Of a stretch of 64,000 nucleotides of DNA, positions 10,207 to 19,596 are shown one piece after another (position 1 is the first letter of the stretch; each line of letters opens with the position of its first letter). Location: contig CBDBLV010000004.1 in assembly GCA_965207225.1 (NCBI GenBank), positions 672,001 to 736,000 of the forward strand. Reading direction: 5' to 3'. The translations under genes were made by a program, and so were the position numbers. The notes under the pieces were generated by a model. It made no database searches. It was not told where the DNA came from and saw only the letters and a program-made list of their open reading frames with translations. This stretch comes from Dehalococcoidia bacterium (lineage in GTDB: Bacteria > Chloroflexota > Dehalococcoidia > Plut-88900).

Positions 10207-10668
10207 TCAAGATGAGAGTTCAAATTGATCCCGTCGCCACTGCCACCATGTGAGGAAAGCGGTGACAGCGGCAAACAGGACGCCAGTCGCAATGATCGGG
10301 AGCATAAACATTAGCCAGTTATCGTTGTCTGCTCGAACAACATACCAACCCTGCGAGCGGGCGAGCACAAGCACTACCAAGCCGCCCACCGACCCTAAGA
10401 CACCGAGCCAAAGTCCTAAGATCAGACAACTGCGCACACTCGCTTTGTGAGCCACCAGCCCGGTCAGCCCTCCGGCGAAGATCGTCATCAAAGGAGGAGG
10501 CCCCAAGTACAGCAACGCTGCCAAGATGACATCCCAGATGCTAATGTCAAGATCAATTATCGGCAAGTTTCCTCCTCCTATACATTCGGAGCAGGTGCTT
10601 AATTGGAAACCGTTAGCCCTCTTACGGATCATCCATGTTATCGGAACGGATCGCAAGCCGTAGTACAA
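10207..10668 (-). CDS. Hypothetical membrane protein (start uncertain)
   Basis: Several hydrophobic segments; no recognisable motif. Confidence 0.45.
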   Translation of the reverse strand: MYYGLRSVPITWMIRKRANGFQLSTCSECIGGGNLPIIDLDISIWDVILAALLYLGPPPLMTIFAGGLTGLVAHKASVRSCLILGLWLGVLGSVGGLVVLVLARSQGWYVVRADNDNWLMFMLPIIATGVLFAAVTAFLTWWQWRRDQFELSS

Positions 10669-10804
10669 AGAGTCCTTAGTTCGAGTTGTAACCGCCGACG
10701 GTACTCGAATGGTATGTGGAACCCGCTGGGATAGGCTCCAGGGTCATTCTTTTCAGTCTTGTAGGTGCTGAATCACAGCACCTACAAGCCCCGACAGAAT
10801 GTGA

Positions 10805-10833
10805 TTGACATACATAACCGTATGGGTTATAGT
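10805..10833 (+). promoter_or_regulatory. Sigma70 promoter with operator-like inverted repeat; leaderless TA transcript
   Basis: TTGACA(10805)-17 bp-TATAGT(10828); ATAACC/GGTTAT inverted repeat within; ATG at 10840. Confidence 0.75.
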
Positions 10834-10839
10834 CGTGCA

Positions 10840-11184
10840 ATGTATCCGGTATTCTTCCACCAGCGGCCCAACGGTGCCATTCCCTATGAGGAGTACGTGC
10901 GGAACGTCTATCGGGCGGGGCAAAAGACCGAGGCGGCGAAAATCAGGGCATTCGTTGAACGCCTTGAGCAGGAAGGTTCGCAGCGTCTCGTTGGGAGGCG
11001 ATGGGCAGAAAAGATGAACGACGTATGGCAGCTTCGCGCTGGCCAGCACCGGATATTCTACTTCTGGGACTCAGAGGCCGAGCGGTACGTCATTCTAAAC
11101 GGCTTTCGAAAGAGGTCGCGTCGGACTCCACGCCCAGAGTTGGAGAGAGCAGAGAGTCTACGGGCTGAGTATCTGGGAAGATGA
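10840..11184 (+). CDS. RelE/HigB-like (Gp49-like) toxin
   Basis: 'VWQLRAGQHRIFYF...YVILNGFRKRSRRTP.PELERA'; directly upstream of an HTH gene. Confidence 0.8.
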   Translation: MYPVFFHQRPNGAIPYEEYVRNVYRAGQKTEAAKIRAFVERLEQEGSQRLVGRRWAEKMNDVWQLRAGQHRIFYFWDSEAERYVILNGFRKRSRRTPRPELERAESLRAEYLGR

Positions 11185-11194
11185 GGAGAAGATC

Positions 11195-11608
11195 ATGAGA
11201 CGGCATGAGGTTGAGGATAGCCACGCCGAGTGGCTAGAGGACATTGAGTATCGGCAGGAGTTTGGTTCGGAGACCGCCAAGCTTGAGGTCGCGGCAGCAC
11301 TTGCAGACGCACGGGAGGCCGCCGGGATGACTCAATCGGTGCTGGCGGATCGAGCAAGAGTATCCCAGGCATACATCGCAAAGCTGGAGAGGGGTGACGC
11401 AAATCCCACTATTGGCCATATCGGACGACTGTTGGCCTGCATGGGATTGAAGCCTTCCGTCACCGTCGCTCCCATGGAGCCAGCCGCTTCCTCCGAATCT
11501 GTTGATGCAGGGAGCCAGGGAGACTCCAAGTTTGGGGCAGTCTACTCCGACGACCCCCTAGCTGAAGTCGCCGGTTCTTCCGTCGAGCAACCGTCGCCAG
11601 CGGTGTGA
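11195..11608 (+). CDS. XRE HTH antitoxin
   Basis: 'AREAAGMTQSVLADRARVSQAYIAKLERGDANPT'. Confidence 0.85.
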   Translation: MRRHEVEDSHAEWLEDIEYRQEFGSETAKLEVAAALADAREAAGMTQSVLADRARVSQAYIAKLERGDANPTIGHIGRLLACMGLKPSVTVAPMEPAASSESVDAGSQGDSKFGAVYSDDPLAEVAGSSVEQPSPAV

Positions 11609-11692
11609 AATCCCGACGGGGGATGAGCAAGGGAGACTTGGAGTTGGTGATCCCGAGCCGCCCACCTTTCTGGGTTTGAGGAGAAAAGGACA

Positions 11693-13066
11693 CTGAAGAT
11701 AACAGTAATTGGGCTAGGCCGTGTCGGAACGGTTGTCGCCACAGGGCTGGCGACGGCGGGCCATAACGTGCTGGGCGTAGACATCGACCATGATCGGGTG
11801 ACCACCCTTCGTCAGGGCAGGCCTCCATTCTACGAGCCGGAGCTGGCCGAACGGATAACCTTAGCCTCACGGGACAGCGCACTCCGGTTCCTGCACAGGG
11901 ATGAAGTGAATGAGGGCTTGGGGGAGATCGCCGTCATAACCGTCGGCACTCCTCCAGGGCAGGAATCCGCTCCCGACCTACGGCAGGTCCGGGACGCCAT
12001 GTCCTGGGTCAGGTCCATGAGCCCCCGGGGCTTGGTCATCGTCATGAAAAGCACGGTGCCTCCCAGTACAGGATTGAACCTGGTGAAGGAGGAACTGTTG
12101 GGGACAAGCATCCGCTACGTGTCCAACCCAGAATTCCTCCGGGAGGGCCAGGCAATACATGACTGGGATTCTCCCGACCGCATTGTCATCGGAGTCGCTC
12201 CGAATGACGTACGGTCCACCGAGGTCGTGAGACGGATGCACGCCGGTATCGATCCTCCGTTTCTGGTCACCGATGTCACCAGTGCGGAGATGGTCAAGTA
12301 CGCCAACAATGCCTTCCTGGCCACTCGGATTTCCTTCATCAACGAGATTGCAGCCCTGTGCGACTCGTTCGGAGCCTCCATTGACGCCGTGGCCGAAGGC
12401 TTGGCGATGGATTCTAGGACCGGGAGCAAAATCCACGCCGGGGTAGGCTATGGCGGGTCATGCCTACCAAGGGACGTTCGGGCGTTGGACCTGTTGTCTT
12501 CCACTGGAGGGGTGAAAGCGGAGTTGCTCCGGGCGGTGACCAGCGTGAATGATCAGCAGAGGCTACTGCCTTTTCGTGCCCTGCAGAAGCGGTTCGACGG
12601 TCATATCGCCGGACTTAGGATCGGCGTCTTGGGACTGGCCTTCAAACCGGGCACCGAAGATGTCCGGGATGCGCCAGCACTGGAACTGATACGGTCCCTC
12701 GTCGCCGAGGACGCATCGGTAACAGTCTTTGACCCCCACGCCGGTGGACCTGCCAAAGGGCAACTTCCGCCCTCAGCGCGGCTGGTTGATGGGGCGGAGG
12801 AAGCCGCAGATGGTACACAAGCGCTGTGCCTGGTTACCGAGTGGGAGGAAATCGTGGAGGCTGATTGGCAGGCTGTGGCTCGTGGAATGGTTCCACCGCG
12901 TTTTATCTTCGACGGAAGGAACGTCCTAGACCCCCGCCAGATGCGCAGTCTGGGGTTTGAGTACGCAGGAGTGGGGAGAAACGGCGTCAGCACGGGGGAT
13001 CTCGCCGTTGGCACTGGCCAGTCCAAGAGCGACGGCGCAGGCGTCGGAGGCCAGGATGACTGCTGA
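11693..13066 (+). CDS. ugd: UDP-glucose/GDP-mannose dehydrogenase family (probable CTG start)
   Basis: Rossmann 'KITVIGLGRVG' upstream of the track start; motifs KSTVP, NPEFLREG, GYGGSCLPRD, GLAFKPG, DGRN. Confidence 0.9.
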   Translation: MKITVIGLGRVGTVVATGLATAGHNVLGVDIDHDRVTTLRQGRPPFYEPELAERITLASRDSALRFLHRDEVNEGLGEIAVITVGTPPGQESAPDLRQVRDAMSWVRSMSPRGLVIVMKSTVPPSTGLNLVKEELLGTSIRYVSNPEFLREGQAIHDWDSPDRIVIGVAPNDVRSTEVVRRMHAGIDPPFLVTDVTSAEMVKYANNAFLATRISFINEIAALCDSFGASIDAVAEGLAMDSRTGSKIHAGVGYGGSCLPRDVRALDLLSSTGGVKAELLRAVTSVNDQQRLLPFRALQKRFDGHIAGLRIGVLGLAFKPGTEDVRDAPALELIRSLVAEDASVTVFDPHAGGPAKGQLPPSARLVDGAEEAADGTQALCLVTEWEEIVEADWQAVARGMVPPRFIFDGRNVLDPRQMRSLGFEYAGVGRNGVSTGDLAVGTGQSKSDGAGVGGQDDC

Positions 13067-13997
13067 AGGGCGCGTCCTAATCACCGGTGTGGCCGGATTC
13101 GGCGGCTCCCGCCTGGCCGGAGCCTTACTGGAGCTCGGCTACAGTGTGACCGGCCTGGACATTGTGGCCCCTGGGCACGCTGACCTACTGCGTCGAGAGC
13201 TGTCCAATCCAAGGTTTCACTATCTCTGGAAGGGTATCCAGGACATCCAGGCTAAGGACATCGAGGGCCATTCGGTGGTGGTGCACCTTGCGGCCCAGCC
13301 GGACGCCCCACTCGCTTTCGAGTCGCCCCGGTACACGGTCATTCAGAACATCGAGGGCACTGTCGCCCTGCTGGAAGCGGTGCGGCAGGCAGACTGCGTA
13401 TCGAAGCTGATGTTTGCGGGGTCCGGCAACGAGATAGGGCGAGCCTTGTACCTGCCAATCGACGAAGACCATCCGTTGACTCCTCACAATCCATACGGGT
13501 TCTCGAAGGCAGCGGCCGAGATGGCATTGGGGGCATGGCGCCTCGCCTATGAAATCCCGTCAATGGTCATGGGCACAGGCGTCGTGATCGGCCCCAACAT
13601 GCGCAGAGAGGTATTCGTATTCAAGTGGCTGTGGACCGCGCTGCATGGCAAGCCCATAGTGGTCGAGGGCGGTAAGCAGACTCGCGATGTGGCATTCATC
13701 GATGACGTAGTTAGGGCTTGGACACTCGCAATTCAGGCTCCCGTTGAAGAGGTCGTGGGGCAGAAGTTCCTCGTAGGCTCTGGTCAGGAACACTCTATCG
13801 ACGACCTCGCAAGATTCTGCCGGGATAGCGCAGGGAATGACGTCCCAATCGAGTACGTGGGTTACCGTCCTGGAGAAGAAGGACACAGAGAGGCGTTCAG
13901 CGTGGAGAAGGCCCAGAGGGTGCTAGGCTACACTCCCCAGGTCTCACCCAGAGAAGCTATCGGACTAACCGCCGAGTGGGTGCGAACGCTGCTCTAG
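13056..13997 (+). CDS. NAD-dependent epimerase/dehydratase (extended SDR)
   Basis: 'VLITGVAGFGG', 'VVHLAA', YGFSK (YxxxK), 'QTRD'. Confidence 0.9.
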   Translation: MTAEGRVLITGVAGFGGSRLAGALLELGYSVTGLDIVAPGHADLLRRELSNPRFHYLWKGIQDIQAKDIEGHSVVVHLAAQPDAPLAFESPRYTVIQNIEGTVALLEAVRQADCVSKLMFAGSGNEIGRALYLPIDEDHPLTPHNPYGFSKAAAEMALGAWRLAYEIPSMVMGTGVVIGPNMRREVFVFKWLWTALHGKPIVVEGGKQTRDVAFIDDVVRAWTLAIQAPVEEVVGQKFLVGSGQEHSIDDLARFCRDSAGNDVPIEYVGYRPGEEGHREAFSVEKAQRVLGYTPQVSPREAIGLTAEWVRTLL

Positions 13998-14636
13998 CCC
14001 TTTCCAAATGAAGTGGAGTCGTTCCCCGCATCGCCATAGCAGCAGCCCATCCAGATAGTCCGGCCAACCGATCTCGTCTACCGGCAACCTGTAAAGGTGT
14101 GCGACTAGAACTGCCAATATGGCGTCGTGGGTCACGTAGATGTTCAGGCGTCCACAAGCCTGAAGGTCGGTGGTCGTTAGCCGCAGTAGCAGGTCGATAC
14201 CCTCAGCAGTTGGCCTCATGCCGACGGGAGGATTGGCACGGGTGAGTTGGCGCCTCACTATCTCCAATATGCCGATTTCCAGAAAGAGCGCTCCGCTAAC
14301 TTCCGAATCCACGACGAAGGGACCGGGGTCTCCTAGCCGCCAATCTGGGACAATCTCTTCGGGCAACGCACCACCACGCAAGATCGCCTGCGCCGTCGAT
14401 TTACATCTGGGCACGGGGCTGGTGATGACCCTTGTACAGTGCCTTATGTGGGACAGCGCAGCTCCAAGTCTTTCCGCCGAGGCGACTCCATAGGCGGTCA
14501 GGGGCACGTCCACTCCGAATGTCCCTGGAGGAATGTCCTCGCGCTCTGCGTGTCTCAGAACGAGTGCGGCGTCAGCTTCAGCCGGTATGCTCCCAAGCTG
14601 TTCTTTGATCCACGACGCTCCGTCAGTGTCGGTCAT
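13965..14636 (-). CDS. Histidine phosphatase superfamily protein
   Basis: 'LRHAER', 'TSPVPRCKSTA', 'VTHD'. Confidence 0.85.
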   Translation of the reverse strand: MTDTDGASWIKEQLGSIPAEADAALVLRHAEREDIPPGTFGVDVPLTAYGVASAERLGAALSHIRHCTRVITSPVPRCKSTAQAILRGGALPEEIVPDWRLGDPGPFVVDSEVSGALFLEIGILEIVRRQLTRANPPVGMRPTAEGIDLLLRLTTTDLQACGRLNIYVTHDAILAVLVAHLYRLPVDEIGWPDYLDGLLLWRCGERLHFIWKGLEQRSHPLGG

Positions 14637-16324
14637 GACGCTCTGGCGCGGATGATGGAACTTACGGCCACTGTCTCGATCATGTCGAGCAGGTCGAAGC
14701 CCGCCTCACGCAGGATGTTCCTGAACTGCTCCTCCGTGCGTTCAGCCCCTTGCGTCATCACGAGCATGTTCAGGTCCAATAGACCGCCCTCGCCAGTCTC
14801 TTCGCCCAGCACCATCTCGATCACATAGAGCGTGCCGTCTTTTGGCATTGCTTCGCGGGCGCGCTTCAGAATTCGCAGCGCGTTATGGTCGGGCCAGTCG
14901 TGGAGCACCCTCGCCAGAATCACGGCATCCGACGTAACCGGCCATTTCTCAAAGAGATCTCCTCCGACGAATCGGCACCGCTCTGCAAGGTCTGTGGGCG
15001 GTCTGGCGACCCTAACCACCTCCGGCCTGTCCATTACTATTGAACCCAGTCCTGGGCAGGAACGCAGCAACGCGAATGCCAACTCGCCGGTGCCGCCCCC
15101 AGCATCCAGAATGCTGTCGTGGGCACCGAATTCCACCGAGCGGGCAAGGCCCGGGTAGTCGTGTCTTGCGTAGGTCGACATGGCCGAATGGTAGGCTTGT
15201 AGATCGGTGGGCCTGTCCTGAATCCAGTCGAAGAAGTTCTTGCCTTGCATTCTCTCGAAGGCGGACTCTCCGGTCCGAAGTGACCGGGCAACCCCGGACC
15301 AAGCTTCGTAAGATTCTTTGCCCCAGTGTCGAGACGCATCCGCAAGTGAGAAGGGGTGACTTCGCACGAGGAGCGCCCCGCGCTCGGTTGGATGGTAGAT
15401 GCCCTCCGCATCCCTCAGCACGAGTCCCAACTCTGTGAGCGCCCTCATCAATCTAACCCCAACCGACGTGTGCAACTGGGCCTTTCGCTCAATCTGTTCC
15501 GCCGATGCGGGCAGGGACTCGAACACGCCCAGTTCCACCGCAGCATGAATCGTCTGGGTCCGCCAGAGACCGACCATATCGCCTGACAGCCCTTCAAGAT
15601 GTGATTGCGATGGCCTCCTGAGCTCCAGTACAAGCAGGCCCGACTCGTTGATTACCGACAGGGAGCCGTCGAAACCCTCCACGCGGGCCTGCCCGTTGTA
15701 GAACGGCTCCACGCTCTTGAAACGCTCTCTGTACAAGGGCTTCCCCATCATGTCCACATGGTGCCAGCCTTCTGAGTCCCGGGCGCGCGCGTACCGCTTG
15801 TGGAACACGTCCAGGTCTTGGAACCATTGACCATGGAGTGGAACGCCAGAGGCGTCTATGTGGGTGTGTCTACCGTCCTCACGTTGAACAACCGCGTAGC
15901 CGTCCTTGAAGTCTCCGGCGTACCGGTAGCGTTCCCCGTATGCAACTGAGCCATCGCCTGTAATGTGGAGGTAGTCACCGCCAACCAACCGGACGGCGCA
16001 TCTGTCCTCCTGGAAGTTGCCGCACCAGGTGTAGCGCTTCTCGTACAAGGGATTCCCTTCCGGGAGGATATGGACCCAACCATCCTCCGAATGGACCGCT
16101 GCCCGGCCCTCGTAGAATCCAAAGGTTCTGACATAGCGCGGTTCGTAGGCTGCCAGCCCGTCGGGGGTGATGTGGTACGCGCCTGAGCCGTCAAGAACGG
16201 GAGCCAATCCTGGTTCATGGAACTTCAGCACCTCGCGGAATCTCGACGAATAGGCCGACCCTCCCCGATAGACGTGATGGGATGCGTCTTCGGATATCCC
16301 GAAACTGCGCCAGCGATCTTTCAT
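14633..16324 (-). CDS. WG-repeat / O-methyltransferase fusion
   Basis: N-terminal repeats 'F.EG.A.V....G..HI...G'; C-terminal wHTH plus 'LDAGGGTG','GDLF','RVLHDWPD'. Confidence 0.85.
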   Translation of the reverse strand: MKDRWRSFGISEDASHHVYRGGSAYSSRFREVLKFHEPGLAPVLDGSGAYHITPDGLAAYEPRYVRTFGFYEGRAAVHSEDGWVHILPEGNPLYEKRYTWCGNFQEDRCAVRLVGGDYLHITGDGSVAYGERYRYAGDFKDGYAVVQREDGRHTHIDASGVPLHGQWFQDLDVFHKRYARARDSEGWHHVDMMGKPLYRERFKSVEPFYNGQARVEGFDGSLSVINESGLLVLELRRPSQSHLEGLSGDMVGLWRTQTIHAAVELGVFESLPASAEQIERKAQLHTSVGVRLMRALTELGLVLRDAEGIYHPTERGALLVRSHPFSLADASRHWGKESYEAWSGVARSLRTGESAFERMQGKNFFDWIQDRPTDLQAYHSAMSTYARHDYPGLARSVEFGAHDSILDAGGGTGELAFALLRSCPGLGSIVMDRPEVVRVARPPTDLAERCRFVGGDLFEKWPVTSDAVILARVLHDWPDHNALRILKRAREAMPKDGTLYVIEMVLGEETGEGGLLDLNMLVMTQGAERTEEQFRNILREAGFDLLDMIETVAVSSIIRARAS

Positions 16325-17400
16325 GACTCAGCCGGCCGTCGCATGTTGCACCCCTGGCACAGCGCGTTCCGCATGTAGTTGACTTCAAGGTTTCTGTACG
16401 CCGCACTCTCCCAGATGTCGTACAGGCTCGTGTCGTTTACGTTGCCGAAGTAGCCGAGCGTCCGGCGCAGCACGTCCGGGGCGCAGCAGGGATTGAATCG
16501 GCCATCGGAGGCAACCCACGCCTCCTGTCCGAGAAACGGGCATTCACCATCTGGGGTGATGTCGCCCTCGCCGTTCTTGTCCAGCCTGAAGATATTCTCC
16601 AACAGCACACGGTCGCCGTTCGGCAGCCTGTGACGCTCAGCAACCTCGTAGGCCGAATCCACAACGGCGTTCCAATGGGCGATGGCGTCTTGGCTTCTAC
16701 GCATCGACTGGAAGCGCATCTGCTTGAAGTGGACCCAAAGATGATGACCCTTCACCCTGTCCACACCAAGATCAGCAGCCAGCTTCACTATGCCGGGCAG
16801 CTCTGAGACGTTGATTTCCATGAATGTCAGCTGGAACGTCACGCGGCAGTGATTGCCGCCTCGTGCTGCGTGGGCGTCCCTGACCCCAATGAACGTACGA
16901 ACGTTTTCCACAACGGTCTCCCAGTTCGATCCCAGCATGACGTTCTCGTGCGTCGCTTTCGTTGCGCCGTTCCACGACACCTTCATGTCGGACGTGACGG
17001 GTACGATCCGCTCGGCCCACGCTCTAGCTCCGCGCTTGGGAAAGGTGCCGTTCGTCGTCAGGTTGAGCTTGACTCCGTACTCCGCGCAGAGATCCAGGAT
17101 CTCGTCGAAGTGCCGGTACAGCAGCGGTTCGCCCATGGTGGAGGGTATGATTTCGCGCAGCCCCGTGCCCCTGGACTCCTCCATCACCCTGCGGATCAGA
17201 TCGAAGTCCATTCGACGCTTGGGGCGTCCTGCCTCCCGTCTGTCGGTCTGAGTCGTGCTGTAGGGGGAATGGTCCTCGCACATGATGCAGTGGAGGTTGC
17301 AGTCGTCGGGATTAGTGTCGAAGGTGATCCGCCAGGGACCGGACCGATCCTGTGCAGTCCCGGCAAAACTTGCGTTCTTTTCGACGGTGGCTTCAGTCAT
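16321..17400 (-). CDS. Radical SAM protein with SPASM/twitch-like C-terminus
   Basis: CNLHCIMC, 'GEPLL', C-terminal 'CPF..DGRFNPCC..GNV..CQGC'. Confidence 0.92.
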   Translation of the reverse strand: MTEATVEKNASFAGTAQDRSGPWRITFDTNPDDCNLHCIMCEDHSPYSTTQTDRREAGRPKRRMDFDLIRRVMEESRGTGLREIIPSTMGEPLLYRHFDEILDLCAEYGVKLNLTTNGTFPKRGARAWAERIVPVTSDMKVSWNGATKATHENVMLGSNWETVVENVRTFIGVRDAHAARGGNHCRVTFQLTFMEINVSELPGIVKLAADLGVDRVKGHHLWVHFKQMRFQSMRRSQDAIAHWNAVVDSAYEVAERHRLPNGDRVLLENIFRLDKNGEGDITPDGECPFLGQEAWVASDGRFNPCCAPDVLRRTLGYFGNVNDTSLYDIWESAAYRNLEVNYMRNALCQGCNMRRPAES

Positions 17401-17404
17401 TGTC

Positions 17405-18706
17405 CTAACCTCTGGATATCAAGTGGTCGTAGATTCTCTCAACAGCAAGGGAGTGCTCTAGCATGCCTCGAACGTTACCGTCGTCCGACTGCACGTAACC
17501 CCTTCTGCCCAACCGATCCGCGAGCCGTGTGTCGTCAGCCAATCGCTGCATTTGCTGCGCCAGGGAGTCGGCGTCGCGATGAGCGAACAGCAGGCCGTTC
17601 CGTTCGTGATGGACATACTCGGCCATCCCACCGTAGTCGGCCGTAATCACGGGAACCCTGGCCTGCAACGCCTCGTGAATGACGAGGGGGGAGTTTTCCG
17701 CCCAAATCGAGGGCACTACAACTGCATCGCAGCGGTTGAACACGTCGGCAACGATGTCTTGGTTCCTGTACTCGCCCATCCACTCAATTCGATTGCCCGC
17801 GTAGTCGGGCAGGCTTTGCGCCAATGCCTTCAGTCCCTCGGTCTCGACGCCTCGGTGGCGTCCCCAGATTCGAAGCCTGGAACTGCCGGACACGCTGCCG
17901 AATGACTCTATGAGGTGGTTCACTCCCTTCGCCGGTATGTGTGTCCCGATGTAGCCGAAGGTAAACGGCTCGCCCGGTATCCTGTTTCGTCCCTCCATGC
18001 GCCGCCGGTGGAAGCCGTAGTCGAGGTAGGTGAGCTTCTTATCGGGGATTCCGAAGTCGTCTCTGAATCGCCTCAGAAGATACCTTGACGGTGCAATGAA
18101 CATGTCCACGGCATCGCACACCTTGCGGACATGAGCCATGCGCCTGCCCACCCATCCCGTCCAGTAGGCAGCATCCTCCTCGTGCTCCTCCTCACTGCCT
18201 GAGAAGTAGCGCACGTAACAGCGGACGGCGCACTTCCTGTCGTCCTGCCCGTCGCAGACGGCCCAGACGTCCATAGGGTCCCGAGGATACATCTGGATGA
18301 ACTGACCCCTCGGACACATCAGCCAGTAGTCGTGGAGCGTGAATACGATGGGGATCCGTCGCTCTCTGGCCTCGAACACAAACGAGGTGGACAGATGGTT
18401 CAGGTGTCCCACGTGGACTACTTCCGGGCGAATCTCATCCAGCAGACTTGCGAAAGTGGAGTCTACTGCCGGGTGGCGGTATCCGTCCCGCGCTCTTGCC
18501 ATGTTGACGACGTGAAGGGCGATTCGGGGGTCGGACGGATCGGTCTCGCGCTGCATGGCGTATTCGGGAAGGAATGCATTCTCCTGCCTCGTGAAGACGT
18601 GCACTTCGTGACGCTCTGCAAGTGCTTGAGCCAAGCCCTGGCTGTACACCTCGGACCCGGCATTGTACCGCATCGGATAACCATGAATGACTTGGAGGAC
18701 CTTCAC
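17405..18706 (-). CDS. GT4 family glycosyltransferase
   Basis: 'KVLQVIHGYP..AGSEVY','TLHDYWLMCPRGQ','PSIWAENSPLVIHEA'. Confidence 0.92.
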   Translation of the reverse strand: MKVLQVIHGYPMRYNAGSEVYSQGLAQALAERHEVHVFTRQENAFLPEYAMQRETDPSDPRIALHVVNMARARDGYRHPAVDSTFASLLDEIRPEVVHVGHLNHLSTSFVFEARERRIPIVFTLHDYWLMCPRGQFIQMYPRDPMDVWAVCDGQDDRKCAVRCYVRYFSGSEEEHEEDAAYWTGWVGRRMAHVRKVCDAVDMFIAPSRYLLRRFRDDFGIPDKKLTYLDYGFHRRRMEGRNRIPGEPFTFGYIGTHIPAKGVNHLIESFGSVSGSSRLRIWGRHRGVETEGLKALAQSLPDYAGNRIEWMGEYRNQDIVADVFNRCDAVVVPSIWAENSPLVIHEALQARVPVITADYGGMAEYVHHERNGLLFAHRDADSLAQQMQRLADDTRLADRLGRRGYVQSDDGNVRGMLEHSLAVERIYDHLISRG

Positions 18707-18731
18707 CGAAACACCCTACCTTTGCCGACAT

Positions 18732-19238
18732 CTACTGGAGAAGCCTCTCCGGTTCTACTAGCAGCTCAGAGACGCGTCTCCCCAAGGCTCCTGCGATGGC
18801 TTCGAGGGTACGGAACCGGGGCGACTGCTCTCCCTTTTCCACCCGCACCAGCGTCACCCGCCCGATGTCCGCAGCACGAGCGAGGGCCTCCTGCGTCATG
18901 CCGGCAGACTCCCTCATATCCCGGATGCGTGCTCCAAGAGTCTGCCTGCCCTGAATCGCTATCGCCTCGATTGCCGGTCGATAGAATGCGTCGCAGTAGT
19001 GGCGAGCGAAATCCCAGGGAATCTCCACCTGCTCTCCGCTGTCGGTCTCCACCATCATCTCGTAAGGGTTCGGCAATTCGAGGCTGGACACGGCCCCGCG
19101 TTCCTTGATCTCAGGAACGTCTGCGTAGGGTATGAGGCCCTTGGACCCATCAGCGAAGTTGAGCTCGATGCCGTCCTCCAGCAGGCTGGCGGCCGTCATC
19201 ATCCGACTGGCGTTTCTGACCAGGACTGCTTCCATCAT
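18732..19238 (-). CDS. Antitoxin-like protein: DUF2442-like N-terminus plus XRE HTH
   Basis: C-terminal 'RESAGMTQEALARAADIGRVTLVRVEKGEQSP'; follows a DUF4160-like gene. Confidence 0.7.
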   Translation of the reverse strand: MMEAVLVRNASRMMTAASLLEDGIELNFADGSKGLIPYADVPEIKERGAVSSLELPNPYEMMVETDSGEQVEIPWDFARHYCDAFYRPAIEAIAIQGRQTLGARIRDMRESAGMTQEALARAADIGRVTLVRVEKGEQSPRFRTLEAIAGALGRRVSELLVEPERLLQ

Positions 19239-19241
19239 CGC

Positions 19242-19478
19242 CTATCCTCCATGAATGGCGTCCCACGTTCTTCTGATCTCCTCGGCATATCTGGCATATG
19301 CCCTCATGATGTTCCTGAAGTTACCAGGGGGAGGAGTGTCCATGCAGGCACCCCCGTTGAGCTCTATGCGGCACACATCTTCGTTGCCGACCCAGACGTG
19401 GGGCGGCTCAAAGCTGTTCTCCCTAGTGTTGACGACGAAGCGGAACTGGCCTTCTATCGCCACAGTTGGCATGGGCAA
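19242..19478 (-). CDS. DUF4160-like small putative toxin
   Basis: 'MPTVAIEGQFRFVVNTRE..EPPHVWV...I...WDAIHG'. Confidence 0.75.
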   Translation of the reverse strand: MPMPTVAIEGQFRFVVNTRENSFEPPHVWVGNEDVCRIELNGGACMDTPPPGNFRNIMRAYARYAEEIRRTWDAIHGG

Positions 19479-19596
19479 TCCTTCCGCTCATCGATGCATT
19501 GTCGGGAGCCTTTGTCGCACTGGAATAGTATCATACAACGACACAACGGGGCAATACATACTGCGTTGGGCTGAGTCGGAGGAGAGGTCCGATTCT

